A DNA stretch of 64,000 nucleotides, taken from positions 13,257 to 77,256 of the forward strand of contig SVHJ01000003.1 in NCBI GenBank assembly GCA_015055835.1, in the 5' to 3' direction. Numbering within the stretch: position 1 is the stretch's first letter; every line of letters begins with the position of its first letter. The notes beneath the pieces were generated by a model that was not told the origin of the DNA, did no database searches, and was given only the letters and a program-made list of their open reading frames with translations. The position numbers were made by a program, and so were the translations under genes. The DNA comes from Clostridiales bacterium. GTDB lineage: Bacteria > Bacillota > Clostridia > Christensenellales > Borkfalkiaceae. Positions 1 through 9,076 of the stretch are shown here, in pieces.

Positions 1-686
1 AAGAAAGTATATGCCATACCACCACCGATAATTAAAGTATCGCACTTTTCAAGTAAGTTTGAAATAACCTTTAACTTATCAGCAACCTTTGCGCCACCTA
101 ATACTGCTACGAAAGGTCTAACTGGTCTTTCTAATGAATCAGCCATTACTGAAAGTTCCTTTTCAATTAAGAAACCACAAACTGCGTCTTTAACGAAACC
201 GTATTCAACGATTGCTGCAGTTGAACCGTGTGAACGGTGTGCAGTACCGAATGCGTCGTTTACGAATACGTCACAGTAAGATGCAAGTTTTTTACAGAAT
301 GCTTCATCTCTCTTTTCTTCGCCTGCTTCAAAACGAGTGTTTTCAAGTAAAACTACTTCGCCATCTTTAACTTCAGCAACTGCTTTATCTGCAGATTCAC
401 CGATAACGTCGGTTGCGAATACTACTTTTTGACCTAAAATTTCGCTTAATCTATCTGCAACAGGTTTTAAAGTGTATTTCATATTTACTTGTCCCTTAGG
501 TTTACCCATATGTGAACATAAAATAACTTTTGCCCCGTTTTCAATTAAATATTTAATTGTAGGAAGTGCGCCGTTAATTCTGTTTTCATCAGTAATAACC
601 CCATCCTTCATAGGAACGTTAAAGTCAACTCTAACTAAACATCTTTTGCCTTTTACGTCAATATCTCTAACTGACTTTTTGTTCAT
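1..686 (-). CDS. pgk: Phosphoglycerate kinase (N-terminal ~228 aa; the gene runs off the window start)
   Basis: Reverse translation from the ATG (rc of 684-686) gives [65 protein letters not shown]...[14 protein letters not shown]...[11 protein letters not shown], a canonical PGK N-terminus. A GGAGG-type SD lies just upstream. The gene is absent from the ORF track because it is open at the window edge. Confidence 0.9.
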   Translation of the reverse strand, partial: MNKKSVRDIDVKGKRCLVRVDFNVPMKDGVITDENRINGALPTIKYLIENGAKVILCSHMGKPKGQVNMKYTLKPVADRLSEILGQKVVFATDVIGESADKAVAEVKDGEVVLLENTRFEAGEEKRDEAFCKKLASYCDVFVNDAFGTAHRSHGSTAAIVEYGFVKDAVCGFLIEKELSVMADSLERPVRPFVAVLGGAKVADKLKVISNLLEKCDTLIIGGGMAYTF

Positions 687-851
687 AAATCATTGCCTCC
701 AATTTTTGAAAAAAATTTTTTTGTTTTTACGCTAAAATTATAATCTTTTATTTTAATAATGTCAATAGTATTATACTCAAAAAATTTAATTTTTATTGTA
801 CTTTTTGTATTCAAATGACAAAAAATGAACTTCTTATTGGTTTTTAAAATT

Positions 852-887
852 AAAAAAAGAGAGGTTTAATTTTAACCCTCTCTTTTT
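852..887 (-). terminator. Rho-independent terminator after the Na/Pi transporter gene (hairpin flanked by A-run and T-run, so potentially bidirectional)
   Basis: The AGAGAGG / CCTCTCT stem (858-883) is flanked by A7 on the plus strand, which is a T-run on the minus strand. Confidence 0.6.
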
Positions 888-892
888 ATCAT

Positions 893-2554
893 TTAATACT
901 TCAAAATACTAAAACCTACGTTGGTAATATGGTCGCCTATTCTTTCTAAGTTTGAAATGGCTTGTAAGAATATTGAACCAACGTCTGGAGAACATTCGTC
1001 TTGACGAAGTCTTTCAATATGTTTTGCCTCAAGATTAACGCTAATTTCATCAATACTTTCTTCTATTTTATTAATTTCATCAAGTAACGTTCTATCAGCA
1101 TTTTCAAAAGCCGTCATTGCTTTATCCATTAGGTCGTTAAGTTTTGACTGAATATCTTTAAGTTCGTCAATGGCTTGTGTAGAAAGTTCACTATCAATAT
1201 CTTTTAACTTAAAGGCATATTCCATAATGTTTTCAGAATAGTCGCCTATTCTTTCAAGGTCGCTTACTACGTGATAGTATGAACCTATTCTTTTTTCTTC
1301 GTTGGTTAAACCATCTTTCGCCATTATCTTTGTTAAGAAAGCCGTTATTTTACCGTTTAGGTAGTTAAGCGTTTCTTCGTTTTCTTTTAGCGTATTTTCA
1401 TCATCAAATTTCTTGTCAAGTAAAATGCCTAAAGATAAATTTAAGTTTTCTTTTGCAAGTCCTGCCATCTTTACTATTTCCGTTTTAATTTGGTTTGCGG
1501 CAATAGTTGGAGTTTGTAAAATACGGTCGTCCAATGAGAAAACTCTTTTCTTTTGGTCTTTCTTATCTGGAACAAGTTTTTCTGCCATTTTTACTAATAT
1601 ATTTGTAAATGGTAGTAAAATTAAAGTTGTAATTACGTTAAATATTGTGTGGAAGTTTGCTATCATTCTTCCTGGATCTGTCGTGAAACTTATGGTTTCC
1701 ATAATTGGTTCAATATGGTCTTTAAATATCCAAAGTGGAATTGTAAAGATTATACAACCTAAAGTGTTAAACAATATGTGAACGATTGCAGTTCTTCTTG
1801 CGTTTGAGTTTGTTCCTACACTAGAAATTAAAGCAGTTACACAAGTACCGATATTTGAACCTAATATAATAAATATTGCGTTGTCAAAGGTTATTGCAGA
1901 GCCTAACGCTATTAAAATACCCGTTACGGCTGCTGAACTTTGAATTATACCCGTTACGGCTAAACCTATTAAAATAAGTAGTAACGGAAAGGCGTTGCTT
2001 TGAAGAACGTCTCTAAAGAAAGGAAGAATTGTTGCTTTATTACTAGGATCTTCATAAACAATTTGTTCAATTGACATACCGGTTATTTCTAAACCGATAA
2101 ATATCATACCAAGTCCTAAGAAAATTATACCTATCTTTTTTAACCTGTCTTTCTTGCAGAACAAATCAAAACCCATACCGATAGTTGCAACAAGAGCGGC
2201 AATTGCCGTTATGTTTAATTTGCCTATATTACTAAACGATAGTATTTGCGCAGTTATGGTTGTACCTATATTTGCACCCATTATTACCGTTGTAGCCTGA
2301 GCAAGCGTCATCAACCCTACGTTAACGAAACCTACAAGCATTACCGTCGTCGCTGAACTACTGTTTATAATTGCAGTTACTATAGCACCTACGCCAACAC
2401 CAGCAAACTTGTTGTTAGTCATTTTGCCAAGTAACTTTCTTAAATTGTTACCGGCTAACTTTTCAAGATTGTCCCCCATAATTTTCATACCAAACATTAG
2501 TATAGCTACGCCACCTAGTATGAAAAATATGTTATCGTATAAAGTACTTCCCAT
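893..2554 (-). CDS. Na+/phosphate cotransporter family protein with C-terminal PhoU-like repeats
   Basis: The 553-aa ORF has a polytopic N-terminal half with a duplicated GANIGTT / GSNIGTC motif typical of Na/Pi-cotransporter II-related proteins. The C-terminal half carries two LERIGD(Y/H) PhoU-type helices. Confidence 0.8.
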   Translation of the reverse strand: MGSTLYDNIFFILGGVAILMFGMKIMGDNLEKLAGNNLRKLLGKMTNNKFAGVGVGAIVTAIINSSSATTVMLVGFVNVGLMTLAQATTVIMGANIGTTITAQILSFSNIGKLNITAIAALVATIGMGFDLFCKKDRLKKIGIIFLGLGMIFIGLEITGMSIEQIVYEDPSNKATILPFFRDVLQSNAFPLLLILIGLAVTGIIQSSAAVTGILIALGSAITFDNAIFIILGSNIGTCVTALISSVGTNSNARRTAIVHILFNTLGCIIFTIPLWIFKDHIEPIMETISFTTDPGRMIANFHTIFNVITTLILLPFTNILVKMAEKLVPDKKDQKKRVFSLDDRILQTPTIAANQIKTEIVKMAGLAKENLNLSLGILLDKKFDDENTLKENEETLNYLNGKITAFLTKIMAKDGLTNEEKRIGSYYHVVSDLERIGDYSENIMEYAFKLKDIDSELSTQAIDELKDIQSKLNDLMDKAMTAFENADRTLLDEINKIEESIDEISVNLEAKHIERLRQDECSPDVGSIFLQAISNLERIGDHITNVGFSILKY

Positions 2555-2733
2555 CTCTTTTTCCTTATTTTTTAATTTGGTAAAAAAGCCTTCTAAACTT
2601 TCCTACGATATAATTTTACATTTTTTATGAAAATTTTGTCAACTGTTTTTAATTAACTAATCTTATATTTTTTATTATATTACTATTGTAAAAAACTTAA
2701 AAAAGTGGTATTATGATTTTTAGGAGAAAAATT

Positions 2734-3927
2734 ATGAAGTCTTTAAAGTATTTGTATAGAATTGGAAGAGGTCCTTCTTCTTCACACACTATTGGTCCTT
2801 TTAACGCAGGGACTATGTTTAAAAACCTATACCCTTCTGCTGATAATTTTAAGGTTATTTTATACGGCTCACTTGCTAAAACGGGTAAAGGTCATATGAC
2901 TGACCTTGTACTAAAAGAAGTGTTTGAAAATAAGGTGGAAATTGTTTTTGATGAGATTACTGAAACTAAAGAACATCCTAACACTTTAGACCTTTTTGCT
3001 TATAAAGAAAATGAACTTTTAGGTAGTTTGAGGGTCTTTTCCGTTGGTGGTGGTGAAATTCAAATTCAGGGGCAAAAATTACCTGAGCAAAAGGAAGTTT
3101 ATCCACTTAATTCTTTTGATGAAATTAAGGCTTATTGCGATAATAAAGGTATTAGACTTTACGACTACGTTGAAGAGTGTGAAGGTAAGGAAATTTGGGA
3201 TTACCTAACTAAAGTTTGGGAAGTTATGAAACAGTCTATCCACGACGGGCTTAATACTGAAGGGGTACTTCGTGGTGGACTTGATTTAAAAAGAAAGGCA
3301 AGATTTTTATATAGACAAACGCATATTGATGAAAGTGAAGAAACAAAGACAAACCGTTTGATTTGTGCTTTTGCTTATGCCGTTAGTGAACAAAACGCAT
3401 CTACTGGGGAAATTGTTACTGCGCCTACTTGTGGGGCAAGTGGAGTTCTTCCTGCCGTATTAAAATTTTTACAAGTTAAAAGAAATTTTACTGATGAACA
3501 AATTGTAAAAGCTATCGCTACTGCTGGTATTATTGGCAATTTAATTAAAACCAACGCCTCTATTAGTGGAGCAGAGTGTGGTTGTCAAGCAGAAGTTGGT
3601 ACGGCGTGTGCAATGGCTGCTGCTGGTGCTGCTGAACTTTATGGACTTAACCTTGATGAAATTGAATATTCTGCAGAAATGTGTATTGAACACCATTTAG
3701 GGCTAACTTGCGACCCTATTTTAGGGCTTGTTCAAATTCCTTGTATTGAAAGAAACGCCGTTGCTGCTATGCGTGCGCTAAACGCAGTTAATCTTGCCGA
3801 CTTTTTGGTTGATTCAAGAAAGATTAGTTTTGATATGATTGTTAAAACTATGTATGAAACGGGGAAAGACTTAAAGGTTATATATAGAGAAACTTCTGAA
3901 GGTGGACTTGCTAAAAATTATAAGTAA
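2734..3927 (+). CDS. sdaA: L-serine ammonia-lyase (iron-sulfur dependent, single-chain form)
   Basis: Contains the RIGRGPSSSHTIGP signature plus APTCGASGVLPA and GAECGCQAEVG motifs. I chose the ATG at 2734, preceded by AGGAGA, rather than the track start at 2713. Confidence 0.85.
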   Translation: MKSLKYLYRIGRGPSSSHTIGPFNAGTMFKNLYPSADNFKVILYGSLAKTGKGHMTDLVLKEVFENKVEIVFDEITETKEHPNTLDLFAYKENELLGSLRVFSVGGGEIQIQGQKLPEQKEVYPLNSFDEIKAYCDNKGIRLYDYVEECEGKEIWDYLTKVWEVMKQSIHDGLNTEGVLRGGLDLKRKARFLYRQTHIDESEETKTNRLICAFAYAVSEQNASTGEIVTAPTCGASGVLPAVLKFLQVKRNFTDEQIVKAIATAGIIGNLIKTNASISGAECGCQAEVGTACAMAAAGAAELYGLNLDEIEYSAEMCIEHHLGLTCDPILGLVQIPCIERNAVAAMRALNAVNLADFLVDSRKISFDMIVKTMYETGKDLKVIYRETSEGGLAKNYK

Positions 3928-3937
3928 GGTGGTTTTT

Positions 3938-5167
3938 ATGAAAAAGTTTTTATGTGCTATTATTTCAGCAGTTTTGTTTTTAGGGCTTATCCCCTTAACT
4001 GCTTGTGGGGGTGTTAAAATTATGGGCAAAAAATTAGAAGATTACACTATCGTGTACGCTAAATACGAAGCAGAAGATTTGATGAAAAAAAACCTTTCTT
4101 TAGCATCTCTTACGGAGTGGGATTTTAACAAAATTACCGCCGAAGAGTTAAGAGATAAAATAAAGGCTGAGTTTGGCGTTGAACTTCCTATAGTTAAAGA
4201 TACGGAAAGCGAAAAAACGGGTAATGAAATTTTAATTGGTAATACTAATCGTTTGAAATACGCTGATGATTTAGGACTTGATTTTGTTAAAGATATTACC
4301 TTAAACAGTAGTGGCGTAAATACAAGATATAATTATTCTACCACAGACCCTTTTAAGTATGCTATCGGCGTTAAAGATAAAGATTTTTATGCCGTTGGTG
4401 GATGTTATGGTACGACTTACTTTGCGTCTAACCAACTTTTTGAAGAATTTAAGAAGAATTTTGATGGCAAAAATATAAATTTAAGCAATAATTTTAAAGT
4501 AGAAGGTACTAAAGACCTTGAAGTTATAGGTTGTATTGGCGATAGCATTACACAAGGTTATAAGTCAACTTCTGCTGATACTGGTCTTGCTAACTCTTAT
4601 TGCTATTTTGCATATCCATCTTACCTGCAAAGACTAAATTGGAAAACTTCTTACGTGTATAACTTTGGTAGAAGCGCTATGACAATGCTTAGCACTACTT
4701 CAAACTCTTACCAAGACTCTGCAAGATGGACTAAAGCAATTGAAATGAGAGAAGTTTTAGATAAGGTTATTATTGCACTTGGTACAAACGACTCTAAAAT
4801 AGTGCTTGTAAACGAAAATAGAGCGTGGACTACTAATGATGATAATCAATTTATTGCCGACTTTTTTACCTTAGTTGACACTTTAAGCGAAAACAATAAA
4901 AATATACAATTTATCCTTTCTAACTGCCCTGTTACTGGTAGCGCTAACCCTTACGGTGCGGACTTTATTTTAGAATTACAACAAGAGTGCGTAATAAAAG
5001 CAAAACAAAAAGGTTATGATATTGAGTTATGTGATATGAACACCTATTCAAAAGAAAATATGCCTTTAAATACTTGTTTTGATAGTGATAAATTACACCC
5101 TAACTCAAAAGGTTATTACAAAATGGCCGTTGCACTTAACGGCGCTATTAAACAATTTTTTAATTGA
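3938..5167 (+). CDS. Lipoprotein with a C-terminal SGNH/GDSL hydrolase domain (paralog 1 of 3)
   Basis: Signal peptide with lipobox LTAC (MKKFLCAIISAVLFLGLIPLTACGG). SGNH blocks are present: GCIGDSITQGY, NFGRSAMT, LGTNDS and DKLHPNSKGY. The start at 3938 has an AAGGTGG SD and lies 10 nt after the sdaA stop. Confidence 0.7.
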   Translation: MKKFLCAIISAVLFLGLIPLTACGGVKIMGKKLEDYTIVYAKYEAEDLMKKNLSLASLTEWDFNKITAEELRDKIKAEFGVELPIVKDTESEKTGNEILIGNTNRLKYADDLGLDFVKDITLNSSGVNTRYNYSTTDPFKYAIGVKDKDFYAVGGCYGTTYFASNQLFEEFKKNFDGKNINLSNNFKVEGTKDLEVIGCIGDSITQGYKSTSADTGLANSYCYFAYPSYLQRLNWKTSYVYNFGRSAMTMLSTTSNSYQDSARWTKAIEMREVLDKVIIALGTNDSKIVLVNENRAWTTNDDNQFIADFFTLVDTLSENNKNIQFILSNCPVTGSANPYGADFILELQQECVIKAKQKGYDIELCDMNTYSKENMPLNTCFDSDKLHPNSKGYYKMAVALNGAIKQFFN

Positions 5168-5224
5168 CAAAAATATCAATTAACGTATAATTAAAAAGTA
5201 AGTTAATTTTTTTAGAGGTGGTTT

Positions 5225-6379
5225 ATGAAAAAAATATTACCTATTTTATTGTGTATGATTTTTGCAATCGGTCTTACCGGCACCGCTTGTAATAAAGGTG
5301 GATTAAAAATGAAAATATTAGGAAACAACTTAAAAGATTATACCGTAGTTTATGGAAAATATGAATACGAAGACGCTATGAAAGCAGATTTATCTGCCGC
5401 TTCTTATACGGAATGGGATTTTAACAGACTTATTGCAGAAGAATTCGTTGCTAAAATAAATGAAAAGTTTGGCGTTACTTTAGAAATTAAAAAGGATACT
5501 GAAAGCACGGAAACTCAAAAAGAAATTTTAATTGGTAAAACAAACCGTGTTAGTTTAACCGACCAACCTATCTTTACCCCTTACGATTATTCTGTTGGTG
5601 TTAAAAACAATAAACTTTTCTTCTATGGTGGCTGTTATGGAACAACTTATGCTGCTACTAAGTATTTTTTAGACTACCTTGCTGATGAAAATAATTATAC
5701 AAAAAAAGTAGCAAATATTGATGCTGACTTTTCCCTTCAAGGAACGCACGACCTTATCACTATTGCTTGTATAGGCGCAAGTAATACTGAAGGATACCAC
5801 CCTGAAAATAAATTTGCCAACGTTAACTACTGGTCTTATCCTGCAACTCTACAAAGATTAAACTGGAAAACCACTTACGTTTACAACTTTGGTTCAAGTG
5901 GAAAAACTATGAGAACTGATATTTCAGGCGCTTCTTATCAAGCAACGCAAAAATGGTCTGACTGTGTTGCCCATGCTGAAAATTTTGATTACGTATTTAT
6001 CAAGTTAGGTACTAACGATTTTATTAAAGATAAAACAACTTGGACTGATGCTAAAAAGACTAACTTTGTTAATAGTTTTGACAATATGCTTACCTCTTTA
6101 AGTAGTGAAAATCCAAATATAAAATATACTTTATTAAACTTTTGGACACCACTTACTGAAGTTTATAATTCAAAAATTGACGAACTACTTAACGTTTGTT
6201 ATAATAACGCTTTAGCAAAAAATTACAACATTAAATTCCACAATTTAGCAAGTAATATCAAAAATGACCTTGGTCCTTCACAATTTTCTTCTGATAATTT
6301 ACACTTTTCATCAAAAGGATATTGTAAATTTGGTGATTTAGTTGATAAAAAAGTTTTACAAAATTTATGGAATATTTAA
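5225..6379 (+). CDS. Lipoprotein with a C-terminal SGNH/GDSL-like domain (paralog 2; block I reads GAS instead of GDS)
   Basis: N-terminal signal with LTGTAC. Clearly alignable to paralog 1 (TEWDFN..IAEE, ILIGKTNR, GGCYGTTYA, LQRLNWKTTYVYNFG). SGNH blocks are ACIGASNTEGY, LGTNDF and DNLHFSSKGY. Confidence 0.65.
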   Translation: MKKILPILLCMIFAIGLTGTACNKGGLKMKILGNNLKDYTVVYGKYEYEDAMKADLSAASYTEWDFNRLIAEEFVAKINEKFGVTLEIKKDTESTETQKEILIGKTNRVSLTDQPIFTPYDYSVGVKNNKLFFYGGCYGTTYAATKYFLDYLADENNYTKKVANIDADFSLQGTHDLITIACIGASNTEGYHPENKFANVNYWSYPATLQRLNWKTTYVYNFGSSGKTMRTDISGASYQATQKWSDCVAHAENFDYVFIKLGTNDFIKDKTTWTDAKKTNFVNSFDNMLTSLSSENPNIKYTLLNFWTPLTEVYNSKIDELLNVCYNNALAKNYNIKFHNLASNIKNDLGPSQFSSDNLHFSSKGYCKFGDLVDKKVLQNLWNI

Positions 6380-6395
6380 GTAAATAAAAAATTAA

Positions 6396-6425
6396 AGAGA
6401 TGCAATATTGCATCCCTTTTTTTGT
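6396..6425 (+). terminator. Rho-independent terminator after SGNH paralog 2
   Basis: GATGCA-ATAT-TGCATC hairpin (6398-6413) followed by CCTTTTTTT. Confidence 0.6.
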
Positions 6426-6432
6426 TTTTAAT

Positions 6433-6474
6433 TTAACAAAAGTTGTCTTAATTTTAACAAAAGTTGTCTTAATT
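6433..6474 (+). repeat. Perfect tandem direct repeat, 2 x 21 bp (TTAACAAAAGTTGTCTTAATT)
   Basis: Read directly: 6433-6453 and 6454-6474 are identical. The repeat lies between the terminator and the promoter of the third SGNH gene. Confidence 0.9.
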
Positions 6475-6485
6475 ATAATTTACAC

Positions 6486-6514
6486 TTGAAAAATCTATCT
6501 TCTCTTGTTACAAT
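6486..6514 (+). promoter_or_regulatory. Sigma-A-type promoter for SGNH paralog 3
   Basis: TTGAAA (6486-6491), 17-nt spacer, TACAAT (6509-6514), about 38 nt upstream of the ATG at 6553. Confidence 0.5.
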
Positions 6515-6552
6515 ATAAAAGATTTAAATAATTATATGGTGAGGGAGTAATT

Positions 6553-8496
6553 ATGAAAAAACTTTTCTGTTTAATTTTAACCTTTTTATTAGGGTTAAGT
6601 ATCGTAGGCTTAGTTGCTTGTAACAATACTACAACTGCTCAAGCTTCTACTCCAGACGACGTTGACTATCTTCTTACTTTTCAAAACGTAAGTGCACAAA
6701 CGCTAGGTACGTCAAAAACTTCAATCTCCAACGAAGACGTTAATGCACTTGCAACTATGGGTACGGGCTCTGTTAAAGTAGTTAAAGAAGGCAATGATTC
6801 TTTTGTTAGAATTCAATCAACGACTAGCGACAAATACGTAGGTTTACGTGGCTTTTTTGTTAAAGAAACAATTCCTACAACCTACAACGTTACTATTACT
6901 TTAAGAACGGGTAGCACTAGTGGCGAGTTTGGTTTACAAAGTGGTAAAGACCTTAGTTTTAGACTTCTAAAAAGCTCTCAATATAAAACTCAAGTATTAA
7001 ATGACCTTATAGATTACGCTACTGCAGACGCTAACGGTTGGAAAACTATAGAGTTTGAATTTACCCCTACGATTAATTTTTCTGAACTTAGAATTTTTAT
7101 GTACGGAACAAACAACAGCTATATTGACGTTAAACAAGTAACTATTGATGATCCATTTACTAATGGTGACACACCTTCTGAACCAAATGAAGCACAAACT
7201 ACCGTTAAATTAAGTGATTACGTTATAGTTTATGATGATGAAGATATTGAAAAAACTGTTGAAGCCCTTCGTGCTGATAAGGTAAAAGCCCCTATAAGTG
7301 CTGATGCTTGGGCTATTTACGATAATAAAGAATTAGTTATAAATAAGTTGATTGCTGAAGAATTTGCTAGCAAGGTTAAAGAATCTTTAGGTGTTACTTT
7401 AACAGTTAAAGGCGATTCTGAATTTACAAAAGTTGATAAGGAAATTATAATTGGTGATACTAACCGTAATTCTTATTATGCTAATTTTGAAAACGTTAGT
7501 TCCCCTTACGATTATAAAGCAGGGCTTATCGGTAACGACCTTTATATGCTTGGTGGTACTTACGCTACTACTTACGAAGCAATGAATAAACTATTTGACT
7601 ACTTAAAAGAAAACGTTAAAGACGGTCAAATTACCTTAAACAAAGGTTTTAAGTTAGAAGGTACTAAAGACCTAAAGACTATTGCTTGTATTGGTGATAG
7701 TATCTCTCAAGGTTATACTTCTACTACTAAATCTGAATATATTAAAATCTTCTCATACTCAGCAAGATTACAAAGATTACATTGGAAAGATACTTTAGTT
7801 TATAATTTTGGTAATCCTGGTAAAGTTATGAGAAACGATAAGGAAAACGGACTTGCTGGTAGAACTAACCCTTACCAAGAAACTACTCAATGGAAAGATT
7901 GTAAAGCCGTTAAAGATGATTTAGATTACGTTATTATTTCTCTTGGTGGTAACGACTCTTTCTATTTCAAACAAGCTGCTTGGGGCGAACAAGGTAATCA
8001 AGCTTTCTACGACGCTTTCTTTATTATCTTAGATACTTTATCTGAAAATAATAAAAATATTAAGTTTGCTTTCTATAATAACTTATATAACCGTAGAAAC
8101 GACGATAACGACCCTACGAACGACGAACATTGTCAAGACTTTATAATCGAACTTCAAGCTAATTGCGTTGCTCAAGCTCAAGCAAAAGGTTACGATATTA
8201 ACACTATTGATATGAGATCTTTCACTAAACCGTCTAACCCTAATGGTTCGGAAATTCCTGCTAAATATTTTGACCAAGATAACTTACACCTTAACTTTGC
8301 AGGTTACGAAGTAATGGGCGATATTATCAATAGAGAAATTACTAACATGTGGTGGTCAACCACACCTAACACACCAAATACACCTGTAGAAGAAAAGCGT
8401 GGCTGTGGCTCTGTAATTGGTGCAGAAAGTGCAATTCTTTCTACAACTTTACTTGCTGGTGCAGTAATTGTTGCTACGAAAAAGAAAAAGAAATAA
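6553..8496 (+). CDS. Cell-surface SGNH/GDSL hydrolase (paralog 3) with an extra N-terminal CBM-like beta-sandwich module and a C-terminal hydrophobic anchor
   Basis: Lipobox LVAC. An N-terminal ~190-aa module ends in YIDVKQVTIDD (CBM-like). The region shared with paralogs 1 and 2 follows (IAEEF, IIIGDTNR, GGTYATTYEA, ACIGDSISQGY, LGGNDS, DNLHLNFAGY). The C-terminus is RGCGSVIGAESAILSTTLLAGAVIVATKKKKK. Confidence 0.7.
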   Translation: MKKLFCLILTFLLGLSIVGLVACNNTTTAQASTPDDVDYLLTFQNVSAQTLGTSKTSISNEDVNALATMGTGSVKVVKEGNDSFVRIQSTTSDKYVGLRGFFVKETIPTTYNVTITLRTGSTSGEFGLQSGKDLSFRLLKSSQYKTQVLNDLIDYATADANGWKTIEFEFTPTINFSELRIFMYGTNNSYIDVKQVTIDDPFTNGDTPSEPNEAQTTVKLSDYVIVYDDEDIEKTVEALRADKVKAPISADAWAIYDNKELVINKLIAEEFASKVKESLGVTLTVKGDSEFTKVDKEIIIGDTNRNSYYANFENVSSPYDYKAGLIGNDLYMLGGTYATTYEAMNKLFDYLKENVKDGQITLNKGFKLEGTKDLKTIACIGDSISQGYTSTTKSEYIKIFSYSARLQRLHWKDTLVYNFGNPGKVMRNDKENGLAGRTNPYQETTQWKDCKAVKDDLDYVIISLGGNDSFYFKQAAWGEQGNQAFYDAFFIILDTLSENNKNIKFAFYNNLYNRRNDDNDPTNDEHCQDFIIELQANCVAQAQAKGYDINTIDMRSFTKPSNPNGSEIPAKYFDQDNLHLNFAGYEVMGDIINREITNMWWSTTPNTPNTPVEEKRGCGSVIGAESAILSTTLLAGAVIVATKKKKK

Positions 8497-8505
8497 AACT
8501 TAGTT

Positions 8506-8548
8506 AAAAAAAAAGAGATGCTTTTTGTAAAAGCATCTCTTTTTTTTG
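8506..8548. terminator. Bidirectional rho-independent terminator between convergent genes
   Basis: AGAGATGC...GCATCTCT hairpin (8514-8540) flanked by A-run and T-run. Confidence 0.65.
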
Positions 8549-8578
8549 CTTAATTATAATTTTATATCTTAAAACGTT

Positions 8579-9076
8579 TTAATATCCCCTGCCAGTTAAT
8601 TTCCCTTCCATAGTTAAATCGTTAAAGTCGTTTTGGCGAAGAGCCTCATAAACGGCTATTGCAACGGAATTTGAAAGGTTAAGCGAACGAAGATCTGAAA
8701 ACATTGGTATTCTTACCGTTTTATCGTAATGTTTTTCAAGTAGTGGTTCAGGTAGTCCCCTAGTTTCTCTACCAAAAAACAAGAAGTCGTTATCTTTATA
8801 TTTTGCGTCGGTATACACGCTTTTTGCTTTAGTTGAGAAAAAATAAAAGTTGTCCCCTGTATAATATTTATCAAACACTTCTTCAACGTTTTCGTGCACT
8901 TCTATTTTAACTGAATCCCAGTAATCAAGTCCTGCTCTTTTTACAGCCTTTTCAGATATATCAAAACCAAGTGGTTTAACTAGATGTAGTACGCAGTTAG
9001 TTGCGGCTGCAGTTCTTGCAATATTGCCTGTGTTTTGTGGAATTTCCGGTTCTACTAAAACTATATGTAATGCCAT
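8579..9076 (-). CDS. trmL: tRNA (cytidine/uridine-2'-O)-methyltransferase, SpoU/TrmL family
   Basis: MALHIVLVEPEIPQNTGNIARTAAATNCVLHLVKPLGF... and the C-terminal LNLSNSVAIAVYEALRQ trefoil-knot motif. The 165-aa size fits. Confidence 0.85.
   Translation of the reverse strand: MALHIVLVEPEIPQNTGNIARTAAATNCVLHLVKPLGFDISEKAVKRAGLDYWDSVKIEVHENVEEVFDKYYTGDNFYFFSTKAKSVYTDAKYKDNDFLFFGRETRGLPEPLLEKHYDKTVRIPMFSDLRSLNLSNSVAIAVYEALRQNDFNDLTMEGKLTGRGY

Noticed and set aside
472-735. An 87-aa plus-strand ORF at the window start.
   Set aside because: It is the antisense shadow of the pgk N-terminal coding region, whose translation is an unmistakable phosphoglycerate kinase.
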